A stretch of 64,000 nt of DNA from Sulfolobales archaeon (GCA_038831135.1 JAWBKW010000001.1:5614-69613); one strand, 5' to 3'; counted from the first letter of the stretch, positions 40,470-50,443 are shown. A program made the numbers and translations. The notes: generated by a model from the sequence alone, not told the origin.

Positions 40470-41114
40470 ATGCCTATAAGCAAGAACGTTATTGAAAAGA
40501 GCGTATTGGAGGCAATTAAATCAGGTAGTGGGAGGAAGTTTAAACAATCAGTAGAGTTAATTGTGGTCTTCAAGGGCTTCGATCCTAAATCACCAGATAT
40601 TAAGTTTAGGGACGCTGTCTACTTACCTAAAGGTCTCGGTAAACCTCCGAAAATAGTGTTAATAGCTGATGGTGATATGCTGTTAAAAGCTAAGGGTTTA
40701 GGTGTTAATGCGTTAGGTAGAGATGATCTTCAGAAGCTAGATAAGAGAGGTGCTAAGAAAATTGCCCGTATATATGACTGGTTCTTAGTTAAATCGGACT
40801 TAATGACTGTTGTTGGTAAGGTTTTAGGCCCGGCTCTAGGTCCTAGAGGTAAGTTTCCAATACCCCTATCGCCGTCCTCGAATTTAGAGGCAGTAATTAG
40901 GCAGTACAGTATGAGTACTAGATTGAGGAATAAGGAACAGGCATGGGTTGGCTGCAGGGTAGGTAGTGAAGATATGGATCCTAAGGATATAGCTGATAAC
41001 ATATCAGTTGTTCTGGAGTATATAGAGTCAAAAATAAAGAAACCCCTAGAAGATAATTGTAGGATTTACATCAAGACAACTATGGGTCCTACTGTGGAGG
41101 TGATACCTGAATGA
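40470..41114 (+). CDS. rpl1: 50S ribosomal protein L1
   Basis: 214 aa. FKQSVELIVVFKG...DLMTVVGKVLGPALGPRGKFP fits L1. Confidence 0.9.
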   Translation: MPISKNVIEKSVLEAIKSGSGRKFKQSVELIVVFKGFDPKSPDIKFRDAVYLPKGLGKPPKIVLIADGDMLLKAKGLGVNALGRDDLQKLDKRGAKKIARIYDWFLVKSDLMTVVGKVLGPALGPRGKFPIPLSPSSNLEAVIRQYSMSTRLRNKEQAWVGCRVGSEDMDPKDIADNISVVLEYIESKIKKPLEDNCRIYIKTTMGPTVEVIPE

Positions 41115-42199
41115 AACCCAGGACATACTCGCAATATTTGAAGTTACTTAATAAGTTGCAGAAAGGGAGGGAGTTAAGGACTAGGGAATCGGGGTCCAGG
41201 GTTGAGAAGGAATTAGTTGTTAAGGAGTTGTGCGAGTTAATACCTAAGTATAAAACCATATGCTTAATCGATTTAAGTAGGACACCCGCATCGCAGTTCA
41301 AGGAGTTAAAGAAAGCCTTCAATAATTATGGAGTAATTAAGGTTGTTAAGAATAATTTATTGATTAAATCGTTAGAGGCTTTGAAGTTAAAGAATTATGA
41401 GGAAGTTATTAAGAACTTAAGAGGACCTAACGCTGTCTTCTTAACTAATTTAAATGCTTTTGAGGTTGCAAGTCTTTGTAGGAAGCTTAAGAGTAAAAGA
41501 TTTGCTAAACCTAATGACGTTGCATTATCGGAGATAGTTATACCTTCAGGTCCTACTGGTATTCCGCCAGGACCTTCACTCTCAATGTTTGGTAAGTTAA
41601 AAATACCTACGCAGGTTAGGGAAGGTTTTATCTGGATAGCTAAGGATGTGACCGTCGCTAAGCCTGGTGATAAGGTTAGTAGTGAATTAGCTTCTCTACT
41701 AAGGAAGTTAGGTATTAAAGTAATCGATGTAGGTATGAATATTAAGATGGTTTATGATGAGGGCTTAATATTCACTAAAATGGATGAGCTGAAGTTAGAT
41801 GTAACTTCTTTTAGGAATGATCTGTTAAACAGTATCAGGTCTGCTATTAACCTCGCGGTTAACGCAGCAATACCTTTACCAGAGGTAATACCTTCAATAA
41901 TATCTAAGGCGTACTTCAATGCTTTGACTATCTCAGCTGAGGCAGGAGTACTAACTAATGAGACACTTCAATATGCTTTAAGTAGGGCGGTAGCTAAGGC
42001 TAATGTACTAGCCGCACTCGTAAGTCCCAAGGTACCAGATCTGGGTATCTCAGTAGTTTCACAACCATTAAGTCATCCAGCATCGGAGACAGGTAAACAA
42101 CCTCAGGAGAGTAAGGGTAAGGAAACTGAAGAAGGTGAGGAGAAAAAAGAAGTTTCAGAGGAGGAATTAGCTGAGGGATTATCATCGCTCTTTGGTTAG
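41111..42199 (+). CDS. rpl10: 50S ribosomal stalk protein P0 (L10)
   Basis: 362 aa. Acidic C-terminal stalk tail EEGEEKKEVSEEELAEGLSSLFG. It lies downstream of rpl1 with a 4-nt overlap. Confidence 0.85.
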   Translation: MKPRTYSQYLKLLNKLQKGRELRTRESGSRVEKELVVKELCELIPKYKTICLIDLSRTPASQFKELKKAFNNYGVIKVVKNNLLIKSLEALKLKNYEEVIKNLRGPNAVFLTNLNAFEVASLCRKLKSKRFAKPNDVALSEIVIPSGPTGIPPGPSLSMFGKLKIPTQVREGFIWIAKDVTVAKPGDKVSSELASLLRKLGIKVIDVGMNIKMVYDEGLIFTKMDELKLDVTSFRNDLLNSIRSAINLAVNAAIPLPEVIPSIISKAYFNALTISAEAGVLTNETLQYALSRAVAKANVLAALVSPKVPDLGISVVSQPLSHPASETGKQPQESKGKETEEGEEKKEVSEEELAEGLSSLFG

Positions 42200-42205
42200 A
42201 TATTT

Positions 42206-44962
42206 ATGTCGGTAGGGGATTACTGGGAGAAGTTCAGAATAGACTTTCTCCCATCTATCGGCTACAAGAGATATGTATGTAAGGTATGCGGATCTAAGTT
42301 TTGGTCATTAACACCAAGGGATACGTGTAACGACGTCCCATGTGAAGAGTATAACTTCTTTAATATCGATATTAAATCACCTAGGCTTACATCGCTTCAG
42401 GCAAGGGATAAATTCCTAGGATTCTTTAAAAAACTCAATCATGAGGTAATCGAACCTAAGCCCGTTATAGCTAGATGGAGGGAAGACCTCTATTTAACAA
42501 TAGCTAGTATAGTCGTATTTCAGCCTCACGTTACTTCAGGCATAGTTCCACCACCTGCTAATCCATTAGTTATAGCACAGCCGTGTATAAGGCTTGAAGA
42601 TATTGATGCAGTAGGTTATACCCTGGGAAGGCATCTGACTAACTTCATTATGGGTGGGCATCATGCCTTCAACTACCCAGACAAGTATGTATACTTCGCT
42701 AATGAGACTGTAGAATATGCTAGAGGGTTTTTTGTTGAGGAGATCGGCGTTCCTGAAGAGGAGTTGACTTTTAAGGAATCATGGTGGGAAGGTGGAGGAA
42801 ATGCTGGCCCATGTCTTGAGGTATGTGTTGGGGGACTCGAAGTAGCTACTCTAGTCTTCATGATGTTTAAGAATTTAGAAGGAGGAGGATATGCAGAGCT
42901 TCCTCTGAAGATAGTTGATACTGGTTACGGTATTGAGAGAATTGCCTGGTTAACAAGTAAGACTCCAACCGCCTTCCATACAGTTTACGCAGGCGTTTTA
43001 GGTAATTACTTACGTATGTTGGAAATTGATGAGGCTCCACCAGAAGTTTTGTGGAGGGCTATCAAATTAATTAGTAGGTACGACATCAAAAGACCTGAGA
43101 GTTATTCAGAACTTAAGGCTTTAATTGCTAAGGATTTAGGGCTAGGTGCTAATTTAGTCTCGAAATATTTAGACGACATGGTTAAAGTATTCACTTTATT
43201 AGACCATGTTAAGACTTCACTACTTCTCCTATCTGATTGGGTTGTACCATCAAATGCTGGCGAGGGTTATTTAGCAAGGTTAGTTCTTAGGAGGATATTC
43301 AGACTACTCAAGATCTTTGATAAGTTAGACTTAGTTAGGGAATTATTTGCTGAGCAAATCAATTATTGGAGAGATCTTTACCCGAATATCGGTAGAGCTA
43401 CTGATTACGTGTATGAGGTAATCGAGCACGAATTAGATAGATTCAACGATGTTTTGAGGAGATCCTCAACAATCTTAAAGAAGTACATCTCCGATAGGAA
43501 AATAGATATCAATGAGTTAGTAGAGTTATATGATAGTCACGGCTTACCTCCTGACTTAGTTGTTGAGGAATGTAAGAAGTTAGGAGTTGGGGTTGAATTA
43601 CCTACTAACTTTTACTCCTTAATTGCTTCAAGACATAGTAGACCTCCCATAAAACCTGTTAAAGCTGCGAAACTACCTTCAGATGTTTTAGAGCGGTTTA
43701 ATAAATTACCACCCACTAGGAGAGTATTCCATGAGGACCCTTACATTAGGAGATTTAGTGCTAAGGTCTTAGACGTTCTGAGGAATTACTTAGTTTTAGA
43801 TCAGACTGCTTTCTATCCTGAAGGTGGTGGTCAGGAAAGCGACACGGGAGTCATAATTGTCGGTCATAATCACTTCAAAGTAGTTGATGTTCAGAAAGTT
43901 GGTGATGTAGTAGTTCATGTTGTTGATAGGGAACTTCCAAATGATTTAGTTGGTGCTGATATAAGCGGTGAGATTGATTGGTTTAGGAGATATTCATTAA
44001 TGAGGCACCATACAGCTACTCATATAGTCTTAGCTTCTGCTAGGAAAGTTCTAGGAAATCATGTATGGCAAGCAGGAGCTGAAAAAAGCGAAGATCGTAG
44101 TAGGTTGGACATAACGCATTATAGGAGTTTAAGTGAAGGGGAAATTAAACGCATTGAAGATCTGGCTAATGAAGTAGTACTGAATTGCTTAGCTGTTAAG
44201 ACTATGTACTTACCTAGGTATGAGGCTGAGGGTAAGTACGGCCTCACATTATACCAAGGAGGTGTGCCTATGGAACCTAATGTTAGGGTAGTAGAGATTC
44301 AAGGAGTTGATGCGCAGGCATGCTTCGGGACCCATCTAAGGAATACTTGTGAGGTAGGTGGGATTAAATTAACCAATGTACAGAGGATTCAGGATGGTGT
44401 TGTAAGGCTTGAATTTATTGCGGGGACTCAGTTAGTAAGGCATGTTAGAAGTGTTGAGGAATTAATTAACGAGGCAACATCATTAGTTGGTGGTAGCGAC
44501 CTTATTAAGAGGTTAAAATCTATAAATGAAGAATTAACTTCAATTAAAAACCTCCTAAACACCTATAGAAGCATATGGTTAGAGAGCACATACTCGGAAA
44601 TCCTCAATACTCTTGAGGAATTTAACGGGATTAGATTTAACGTTAAGTTGTTTAAAGTCAATGATAAGGAAGTTATTAGGGAATTACTTAAGGAGTTAGT
44701 CAGTAAGAATTCTATAGCTATGATTGCTTTAATTCCTGAGGGCGGTGGTAAGGTCTTCACAGAGATCTCAGTAAGTAACAATATCTTACATTTAGTAAAT
44801 GCGGCAGATCTATTTGCTGAGATCTCTAAAGTATATAGTGGTAGGGGAGGGGGTAAGCATGACCACGTTAGTGGGTACATAATCATTGAAGGAGATTTAA
44901 TTGAGGCTCTCAATAAAATTAAGAACTTAATTAAAGACTTTATAATTAGGAGAAGTACTTAA
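42206..44962 (+). CDS. alaS: Alanine--tRNA ligase
   Basis: 918 aa. N-terminal zinc-ribbon-like CKVCGSKFWS, a class II core and editing-domain motifs HHTATH and CFGTH. Confidence 0.95.
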   Translation: MSVGDYWEKFRIDFLPSIGYKRYVCKVCGSKFWSLTPRDTCNDVPCEEYNFFNIDIKSPRLTSLQARDKFLGFFKKLNHEVIEPKPVIARWREDLYLTIASIVVFQPHVTSGIVPPPANPLVIAQPCIRLEDIDAVGYTLGRHLTNFIMGGHHAFNYPDKYVYFANETVEYARGFFVEEIGVPEEELTFKESWWEGGGNAGPCLEVCVGGLEVATLVFMMFKNLEGGGYAELPLKIVDTGYGIERIAWLTSKTPTAFHTVYAGVLGNYLRMLEIDEAPPEVLWRAIKLISRYDIKRPESYSELKALIAKDLGLGANLVSKYLDDMVKVFTLLDHVKTSLLLLSDWVVPSNAGEGYLARLVLRRIFRLLKIFDKLDLVRELFAEQINYWRDLYPNIGRATDYVYEVIEHELDRFNDVLRRSSTILKKYISDRKIDINELVELYDSHGLPPDLVVEECKKLGVGVELPTNFYSLIASRHSRPPIKPVKAAKLPSDVLERFNKLPPTRRVFHEDPYIRRFSAKVLDVLRNYLVLDQTAFYPEGGGQESDTGVIIVGHNHFKVVDVQKVGDVVVHVVDRELPNDLVGADISGEIDWFRRYSLMRHHTATHIVLASARKVLGNHVWQAGAEKSEDRSRLDITHYRSLSEGEIKRIEDLANEVVLNCLAVKTMYLPRYEAEGKYGLTLYQGGVPMEPNVRVVEIQGVDAQACFGTHLRNTCEVGGIKLTNVQRIQDGVVRLEFIAGTQLVRHVRSVEELINEATSLVGGSDLIKRLKSINEELTSIKNLLNTYRSIWLESTYSEILNTLEEFNGIRFNVKLFKVNDKEVIRELLKELVSKNSIAMIALIPEGGGKVFTEISVSNNILHLVNAADLFAEISKVYSGRGGGKHDHVSGYIIIEGDLIEALNKIKNLIKDFIIRRST

Positions 44963-44964
44963 AC

Positions 44965-45633
44965 ATGGTTGGGTTTCTTAGGGATGAATTAATTAAGGCG
45001 TTAGAAGATTATAAATACCTACTAACCAGAGGTTATAATCAGAAGCCCTCCCTTGACTTAGTTACATCTCGCTACAGATTAAGTAAGCCTGAGAGAATGC
45101 TTCTCTTTAGATGTATCCATAGCGATTCAGATGTTGTCGAAGTGTATAATAAAACTGTGACACCGTCACAGATATGTAGTCAGAGATTAGTGATTGACGG
45201 GTTTAACACGTTACTCACAATCACCTCGGTACTTGAGGGTGATTACGTATATCTATGTGATGACGGCTTCGTTAGAGACTTAAGGAGTAGTAAGATCAAG
45301 GACTTCGAAATAGAGGGTATTAAAGCCTCAGCCACAACTCTAATGAGATATTTAAAACTCCTAAAACCTTCGGACACCGTCCTAATACTAGATAAACAGG
45401 TGAGTAAAAGCGGTGAACTAAAAAACGGGTTATCTGAGATACTCACTAATATAAAGGTATTACTAGCATCAAAAGCGGATATAACGGTACTTACAGAAGA
45501 AGGCGTAATATCCTCAAGCGATTTCTTAATACTTAAAAAAGCTAGTAAAGTCTTCGATATGGCAGGATATATAATAATGAATGAGTTCAGGCACAGAATA
45601 ATAGACCTGAACAAAATCCTAAGAGATAGATAA
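44965..45633 (+). CDS. DUF434 + NYN/PIN-like domain protein (putative RNase)
   Basis: 222 aa. N-terminal DYKYLLTRGYNQKPSLDLVTSRYRLS resembles DUF434. RLVIDGFNTLL resembles the NYN-type nuclease start. It lies 2 nt after alaS. Confidence 0.5.
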   Translation: MVGFLRDELIKALEDYKYLLTRGYNQKPSLDLVTSRYRLSKPERMLLFRCIHSDSDVVEVYNKTVTPSQICSQRLVIDGFNTLLTITSVLEGDYVYLCDDGFVRDLRSSKIKDFEIEGIKASATTLMRYLKLLKPSDTVLILDKQVSKSGELKNGLSEILTNIKVLLASKADITVLTEEGVISSSDFLILKKASKVFDMAGYIIMNEFRHRIIDLNKILRDR

Positions 45634-45673
45634 ACGATTTAAAACCGACACCACTAACTAATTTAGGTGATAA

Positions 45674-45751
45674 GGGCCCGTAGCTCAGCCAGGACAGAGT
45701 GCCGGCCTTCTAAGCCGGTGGTCCCGGGTTCAAATCCCGGCGGGCCCGCCA
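45674..45751 (+). tRNA. tRNA-Arg (TCT), intron-less, encoded CCA
   Basis: GGGCCCG-TA-GCTCAGCCAGGACAGAGT-G-CCGGC-CTTCTAA-GCCGG-TGGTC-CCGGG-TTCAAAT-CCCGG-CGGGCCC-G-CCA. Confidence 0.9.
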
Positions 45752-46030
45752 CACTCAAATCAAACTATATTTTTAAGAAGTTCATCATACCACAACCTTG
45801 TGTCTACTTCATGAAACTATAAAATAATACGGCTATGTGGCGATATTAAAGTTAAAGAATGTATGAAGCCTTGGTGTGAAGCGCTAGGAGTCCAGGTTTG
45901 TTACCTAGATTAGCTCGACTGTTTACCGAAGCGCGCTCTAACACCTGTCATGAATACCTTAGCAATAGCCGTCAGTAGACACTATACCACCAATAGAGGG
46001 TTTCATAACATCATCAGCTACAACATCAAT

Positions 46031-46441
46031 TCACTTACTATCCCTTAAAGCCTTTACTGATGCCCTTAACTTAGATTTAAGTATCTCGATGGCTTTAGTT
46101 GTGCAGAAGCTTAATTCAGCTTCTTTTTCGCCTCGATATTTCACTCTTTCTATATATGCTGGATGCGTTTCAATAAATTCGAACTCCTCACCCTTTATAG
46201 CGTTTTCTAGGTTCTCCGGAGTCTTACTAAGGCGTATATGGATTCCAGACACGACTTCAGCATCTTCATCAGCTCACCTTAAGGCTCTGTAGTGATTTAT
46301 CGCATGCATCTGTTCCACACAAGCTATAGCTCTAAACAATGAAGCTACGTTCCTAAATCATTCTCTCTCAGCAATATTAGCAAATATTAAGTACTTTGTA
46401 TGAGCTATTGGCTCACATCCGAAGGCATTCAATAAAGGCAT
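46031..46441 (-). pseudogene. Sulerythrin/rubrerythrin-like four-helix-bundle gene interrupted by two in-frame TGA codons
   Basis: A single 136-codon frame runs from the ATG at 46441. It reads MPLLNAFGCEPIAHTKYLIFANIAERE*FRNVASLFRAIACVEQMHAINHYRALR*ADEDAEVVSGIHIRLSKTPENLENAIKGEEFEF... The TGAs are at 46358-46360 and 46274-46276. The first falls where rubrerythrins have a Gly (A..EG). The last ExxH is degraded to EILK. The track sees only the 73-aa tail. Confidence 0.6.
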
Positions 46442-46447
46442 CTAATG

Positions 46448-48430
46448 TTACTTACTATTTATTGTATCGAGTTTTACCTTCATAATCTTAACACGTGTTG
46501 AATTAAGTACCGACCCTCCGTAGGTATCAACATCATCATTAAGAAGTGCGTTAATCCTTTTACCATCTAATGTATGGGCTTGTCTTGGTGCCCATACAAC
46601 ACCTTCAGATAAGTCGTTACTTATTAACACCTTCATCAAGATAGATGATTTTTCATTCCAGACTTTAACCATATCCTCCGTTGAAACGCCTAACTTTTCA
46701 GCATCTCTTGGGTTGAGATGAATGTAGCTAGGCTTAAAGCCGTAAACTTCTTCGAATTGAGTGTGTATATATAGTGGATGTGCGGAAGATATTAACACGT
46801 ACTCACCTGATGGACCGTAGTCTTCCTCAGGAGGTGAAGGTAAATGCGGTATACCTTCTCTCCCTGCAATTGTGCTATAAAGCTCTATTTTACCAGTATT
46901 AGTTTGGTAAGTATTTTTGGGTTTAGTCTTAACAGATAATGATTTATTTATTAAGAGTTTTTCTAAGTCTGTCTTACCTACAGCTATCTCAAGAATCCTA
47001 TACGGGTCTAAGCATATTTCCATGTAATGGTTTGGAGCTATCTTTTTAGCGATCTCACACATTACCTGGTACTCCCCTACGGACTCACCAAGAGGTTCTA
47101 TAGCTGGTTTATTTAGATATACGGTGTTATGGGAGTAACTGTATATGAGGTCTAATTTCTCATAGAATGTTGGTGCAGGGATAACAAGGTCTGCGGCCTT
47201 AGCTGTGTCGCTCCAATGAGTTTCGTGAACGACGACGAAAACATCATCCCTCTTAAATCCCTCTACGATTTTCGAATTGTTTGGTAACGTAGCTACAGGG
47301 TTATGTAGATGCACATATATGAATTTGAAGATACCCATTGAAATCATCTCGCTAATCTTCTCCATACTTACAATATTCTTAGGTCTCCACTTATCACTAC
47401 CTTCAACAGTTTCAAAATCTATCATCAACCCATCCGTATTACTGTAGTAGAATCCTCTGTGGATGCCCAGGAGTGCAGGTAGTAACGATATAGATCTAAC
47501 TATCTCTCCCCCTCCATACCTCCTCTGAAGACCATAGCCAATGAATATTCCGAAAGGTTTATAGTTAACCATGGCCTCAGCTAGTTCAACAATTACTTCC
47601 TTTGGAACACCGGTAAACCTCTCAACATAGTTTAAATTATATTTGGTTATATAATCTTTAAAGGAATTAAATCCGTAAACGTAATCGTTAATGAATTTTG
47701 TATCCACGTACCCACATTCTATAAGATATTTAGCTAACCCGAGCGCTAAAACACCATCAGAGCCTGGCCTAACATTTATTAAGCGAGTACTCTGTTGAGC
47801 AGTTTCTGAAGATCTCACATCAACAGTTATGATGTAACCGTTCCTAGACTTAATGTCTAGAATTCTTCTCCATAAATGTGGTGCACTTACTGCAGGATTA
47901 AATCCCCAGACAATGGCCATCTTTAACTCATCGATATCATCCGGGAATATACCGTATGTTGAACCATATGTAAGTCTTAAAGCTCTTGCCCCACTGTAAT
48001 CGCATAAACTACGGTCTGTTTGAGTTATGCCAAGGAAGTTCCACAACCTTCTACTAGCATTTCTTGTTAAAATTCCTCTATTACCAGCATATTCTAAGAA
48101 GAGAACGTGTTCTGGGCCATAATTATTCAAAACCTCTTTAAGCCTAGAGACTATTAAATCTAAAGCAGTATTCCAGTCAACCCTCCTAAACACCCCTCCG
48201 CCAACACTAATATGAGGATATAGAACCCTAGCTGGCGAATAAATCCTATCAACATCCTTTGCTGCTCTAGGACAAGTAATGCCTTTAGCATATTTATCCT
48301 CCTCCGCAATAACTCTAACTACTTTAGTTCCATCAACATACGCACGAAGTCTACATGTGTCATAGCAGTCTCTGGGGCAACCAAATAATATATGTTCACT
48401 TATTGCTTGATGATTTTCCACGCTAATCAA
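46448..48430 (-). CDS. Molybdopterin (MopB-family) oxidoreductase catalytic subunit, cytoplasmic type
   Basis: 660 aa. N-terminal Fe-S motif GCPRDCYDTC...TCPR, no twin-arginine signal, and a C-terminal MopB barrel-like domain (VWNEKSSILMKVLISNDLSEGVVWAP). Confidence 0.8.
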   Translation of the reverse strand: MISVENHQAISEHILFGCPRDCYDTCRLRAYVDGTKVVRVIAEEDKYAKGITCPRAAKDVDRIYSPARVLYPHISVGGGVFRRVDWNTALDLIVSRLKEVLNNYGPEHVLFLEYAGNRGILTRNASRRLWNFLGITQTDRSLCDYSGARALRLTYGSTYGIFPDDIDELKMAIVWGFNPAVSAPHLWRRILDIKSRNGYIITVDVRSSETAQQSTRLINVRPGSDGVLALGLAKYLIECGYVDTKFINDYVYGFNSFKDYITKYNLNYVERFTGVPKEVIVELAEAMVNYKPFGIFIGYGLQRRYGGGEIVRSISLLPALLGIHRGFYYSNTDGLMIDFETVEGSDKWRPKNIVSMEKISEMISMGIFKFIYVHLHNPVATLPNNSKIVEGFKRDDVFVVVHETHWSDTAKAADLVIPAPTFYEKLDLIYSYSHNTVYLNKPAIEPLGESVGEYQVMCEIAKKIAPNHYMEICLDPYRILEIAVGKTDLEKLLINKSLSVKTKPKNTYQTNTGKIELYSTIAGREGIPHLPSPPEEDYGPSGEYVLISSAHPLYIHTQFEEVYGFKPSYIHLNPRDAEKLGVSTEDMVKVWNEKSSILMKVLISNDLSEGVVWAPRQAHTLDGKRINALLNDDVDTYGGSVLNSTRVKIMKVKLDTINSK

Positions 48431-48654
48431 CTCACGATATATAAAATAACTAATTAATATATGAAAATTTATGTGATTAGAGACTCGTTATAGGTTATTA
48501 AAATTGATTAGAGGGACTTACTTTAACCTGATGAATCATCGGGACTTATAACCATGCGGGAGAGGGGATGTATTTTACGTGATTTATTTAATAGACTTAA
48601 TGCGTCTAAACCATTTTAAACAATACTATTTGCTTAGGGTTAATCGGTGTATAT

Positions 48655-48993
48655 ATGGAGGTTTTACTAATAGTAGCAGTTATTGCACTCCTCTTAGTAC
48701 TGCTATCCTATAATTATTTATTAGCGGTTAAAATTTCCAGAGGCAATACTGGAAGGAACTTAGACGACGTTAGCGGGGATATAGGTAAGTCTCAGGAGAT
48801 GAGCGTTAGGGCTGTTAAGGCCTATGTGTTAGGTGATTACATAGTTGTTACCACAGTTATTCAGAGAGGTAGTAGTAGGAGAAGTATTGGTGAGGTAGTA
48901 ATAGATGAACCATCGTTGCTCATCCCCTTGACACAGTCGTTGTCGGAGAACGGTAATCTAAATGATAGCGATGATAAGTCAAACGTTAATTGA
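48655..48993 (+). CDS. Hypothetical membrane-anchored protein
   Basis: 112 aa with an N-terminal TM helix. No motif. Confidence 0.3.
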   Translation: MEVLLIVAVIALLLVLLSYNYLLAVKISRGNTGRNLDDVSGDIGKSQEMSVRAVKAYVLGDYIVVTTVIQRGSSRRSIGEVVIDEPSLLIPLTQSLSENGNLNDSDDKSNVN

Positions 48994-49038
48994 TTTAAAT
49001 ACTCAATTAAACAGTAAATTATTGTTGGGCTCTGCGAT

Positions 49039-49515
49039 ATGGTTATGCATAAGATTCTAGTGGATGAGTTGTTAAGCAAAGAACTAATACCAATAGGTAA
49101 GGAAGAATTATCAGAGATTAGTAGATACGTAGTTAATATGCTGACTTGGTGCTCAAGCTATAATGCATCAATATGTGATGAATTTATTAAGTCTTTAGAG
49201 GGTTTTATTAAGTCGCTTTTTAAGCTACGGCTTATGAAGCATATAGTATATGACGGCGGAAAAGGAGGTTCCTTCGATTCATCACTGATAAATGAATTAT
49301 TGCAACTGATTATTGAGTACTATAGATTCATAACCTATGGGTTGTTAGATAATAATGGTAACGTAGTAGTTGAAGTCCTTAAGAATTTTGAGTATGGAGG
49401 AATGAAATACCATCGAAAGTCGATTACCTCTATACCGTTTAAGGATGCGTTACTACTTGCTAAAGCTGGATACGTTAGGTTAATGGATAAAGTCTTTACT
49501 AAAGCAACTACTTAA
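49039..49515 (+). CDS. Hypothetical protein
   Basis: 158 aa, mostly helical. No motif recognised. Confidence 0.35.
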   Translation: MVMHKILVDELLSKELIPIGKEELSEISRYVVNMLTWCSSYNASICDEFIKSLEGFIKSLFKLRLMKHIVYDGGKGGSFDSSLINELLQLIIEYYRFITYGLLDNNGNVVVEVLKNFEYGGMKYHRKSITSIPFKDALLLAKAGYVRLMDKVFTKATT

Positions 49516-49582
49516 CTTTAATTGTTACTTCTTAAGTTATATCTTTTAGATCGTGAGCATTACCTAAATCAAGGTATATGCA

Positions 49583-50443
49583 TCATTTAGACTTATATAG
49601 GTCTTTTCTCCGCGCTTCCAGTAAATTCGGTTCTACTCCAATGTATTCGGCTGCGGTCATTAATTGGACTTCCGAGTATTTACGGACCTCATCTAATAGT
49701 TTCCCATAGTTTAAATCTCTTATTAGGTGATGATCTATTACTACTTTCTCAACCTTCATAGAAAGTTTAGCTAGGCTCTTTACAGAGTTATCTATATCAT
49801 CTTTACTGTAGGCACTACCGACCAGGTAGGTTGGGGGTCCATCAACTATGACTAGCTCAGAGTTTTGGAGGAAGTTTATTGAGTAATCATTTAGTAGACC
49901 TTCAACATCTGATGTAAATCCTACTGATGTATCGCCATATTTTAATGATATCATTAAGACGTAGCCTAATTTATCGCTATTTCCATGTTGCTGAGGTTGT
50001 GAAACGGTTACGGTGGTTTTACCGAATTTAAATTCCTTACCATCACCTACATATATATTTGCGCCAGCATCCCTAACACCTTTCAAGAACTTCGAGGCTC
50101 TGATCTTTTGTGAGTAGTTAATTTTATTATTAGGGTCTTTAACGATTAAAAATTTCGAGTTAAAGAGTTGTAGTGGTATTAAATTTCCTGGGTCGTGATG
50201 ATCGTAGTGGTAATGTGTTATCACTACAACATCTACGTCCGCTAAGAAATTCTTTATGTTTTCGACGCACTCGTGAAGCTTCCTCCACTCAACTTCATGC
50301 GGTGGTAGGCCGTATCTCAGAGGTGCTAAGGAGGCTGAAGGATCGATGAAGATATTTACGTCTGGCGTTGATATGAAGGTAGCCATAGATCTAACTCCTA
50401 AGCTGTCGAAGGCTATTGGACGTACGTTGAGGACGTTAATCAC
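49583..50443 (-). CDS. Metallo-beta-lactamase-fold hydrolase (archaeal UPF0282-like)
   Basis: 286 aa. HxHxDH variant ITHYHYDHHD. Confidence 0.7.
   Translation of the reverse strand: MINVLNVRPIAFDSLGVRSMATFISTPDVNIFIDPSASLAPLRYGLPPHEVEWRKLHECVENIKNFLADVDVVVITHYHYDHHDPGNLIPLQLFNSKFLIVKDPNNKINYSQKIRASKFLKGVRDAGANIYVGDGKEFKFGKTTVTVSQPQQHGNSDKLGYVLMISLKYGDTSVGFTSDVEGLLNDYSINFLQNSELVIVDGPPTYLVGSAYSKDDIDNSVKSLAKLSMKVEKVVIDHHLIRDLNYGKLLDEVRKYSEVQLMTAAEYIGVEPNLLEARRKDLYKSK

Noticed and set aside
45972-46017. C/D-box-like CTGATGA - 35 nt - CTGA on the minus strand in the tRNA-Arg flank
   Set aside because: The C box starts with C rather than a purine. D' (CTCT) and C' (ATTGGTG) are poor. The layout leaves a zero-length D'-C' linker. 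It is too weak to call.
46274-46360. The two in-frame TGAs as selenocysteine codons
   Set aside because: Sec decoding is not known in Crenarchaeota. The first TGA replaces a conserved Gly, not a redox Cys. The last metal-binding ExxH is degraded. A pseudogene is the simpler reading.
48515-48545. Imperfect inverted repeat CCTGATGA-ATCATCGGG upstream of the molybdopterin oxidoreductase gene
   Set aside because: It is a short imperfect palindrome with no second copy and no adjacent regulator gene, so there is not enough evidence to call an operator.
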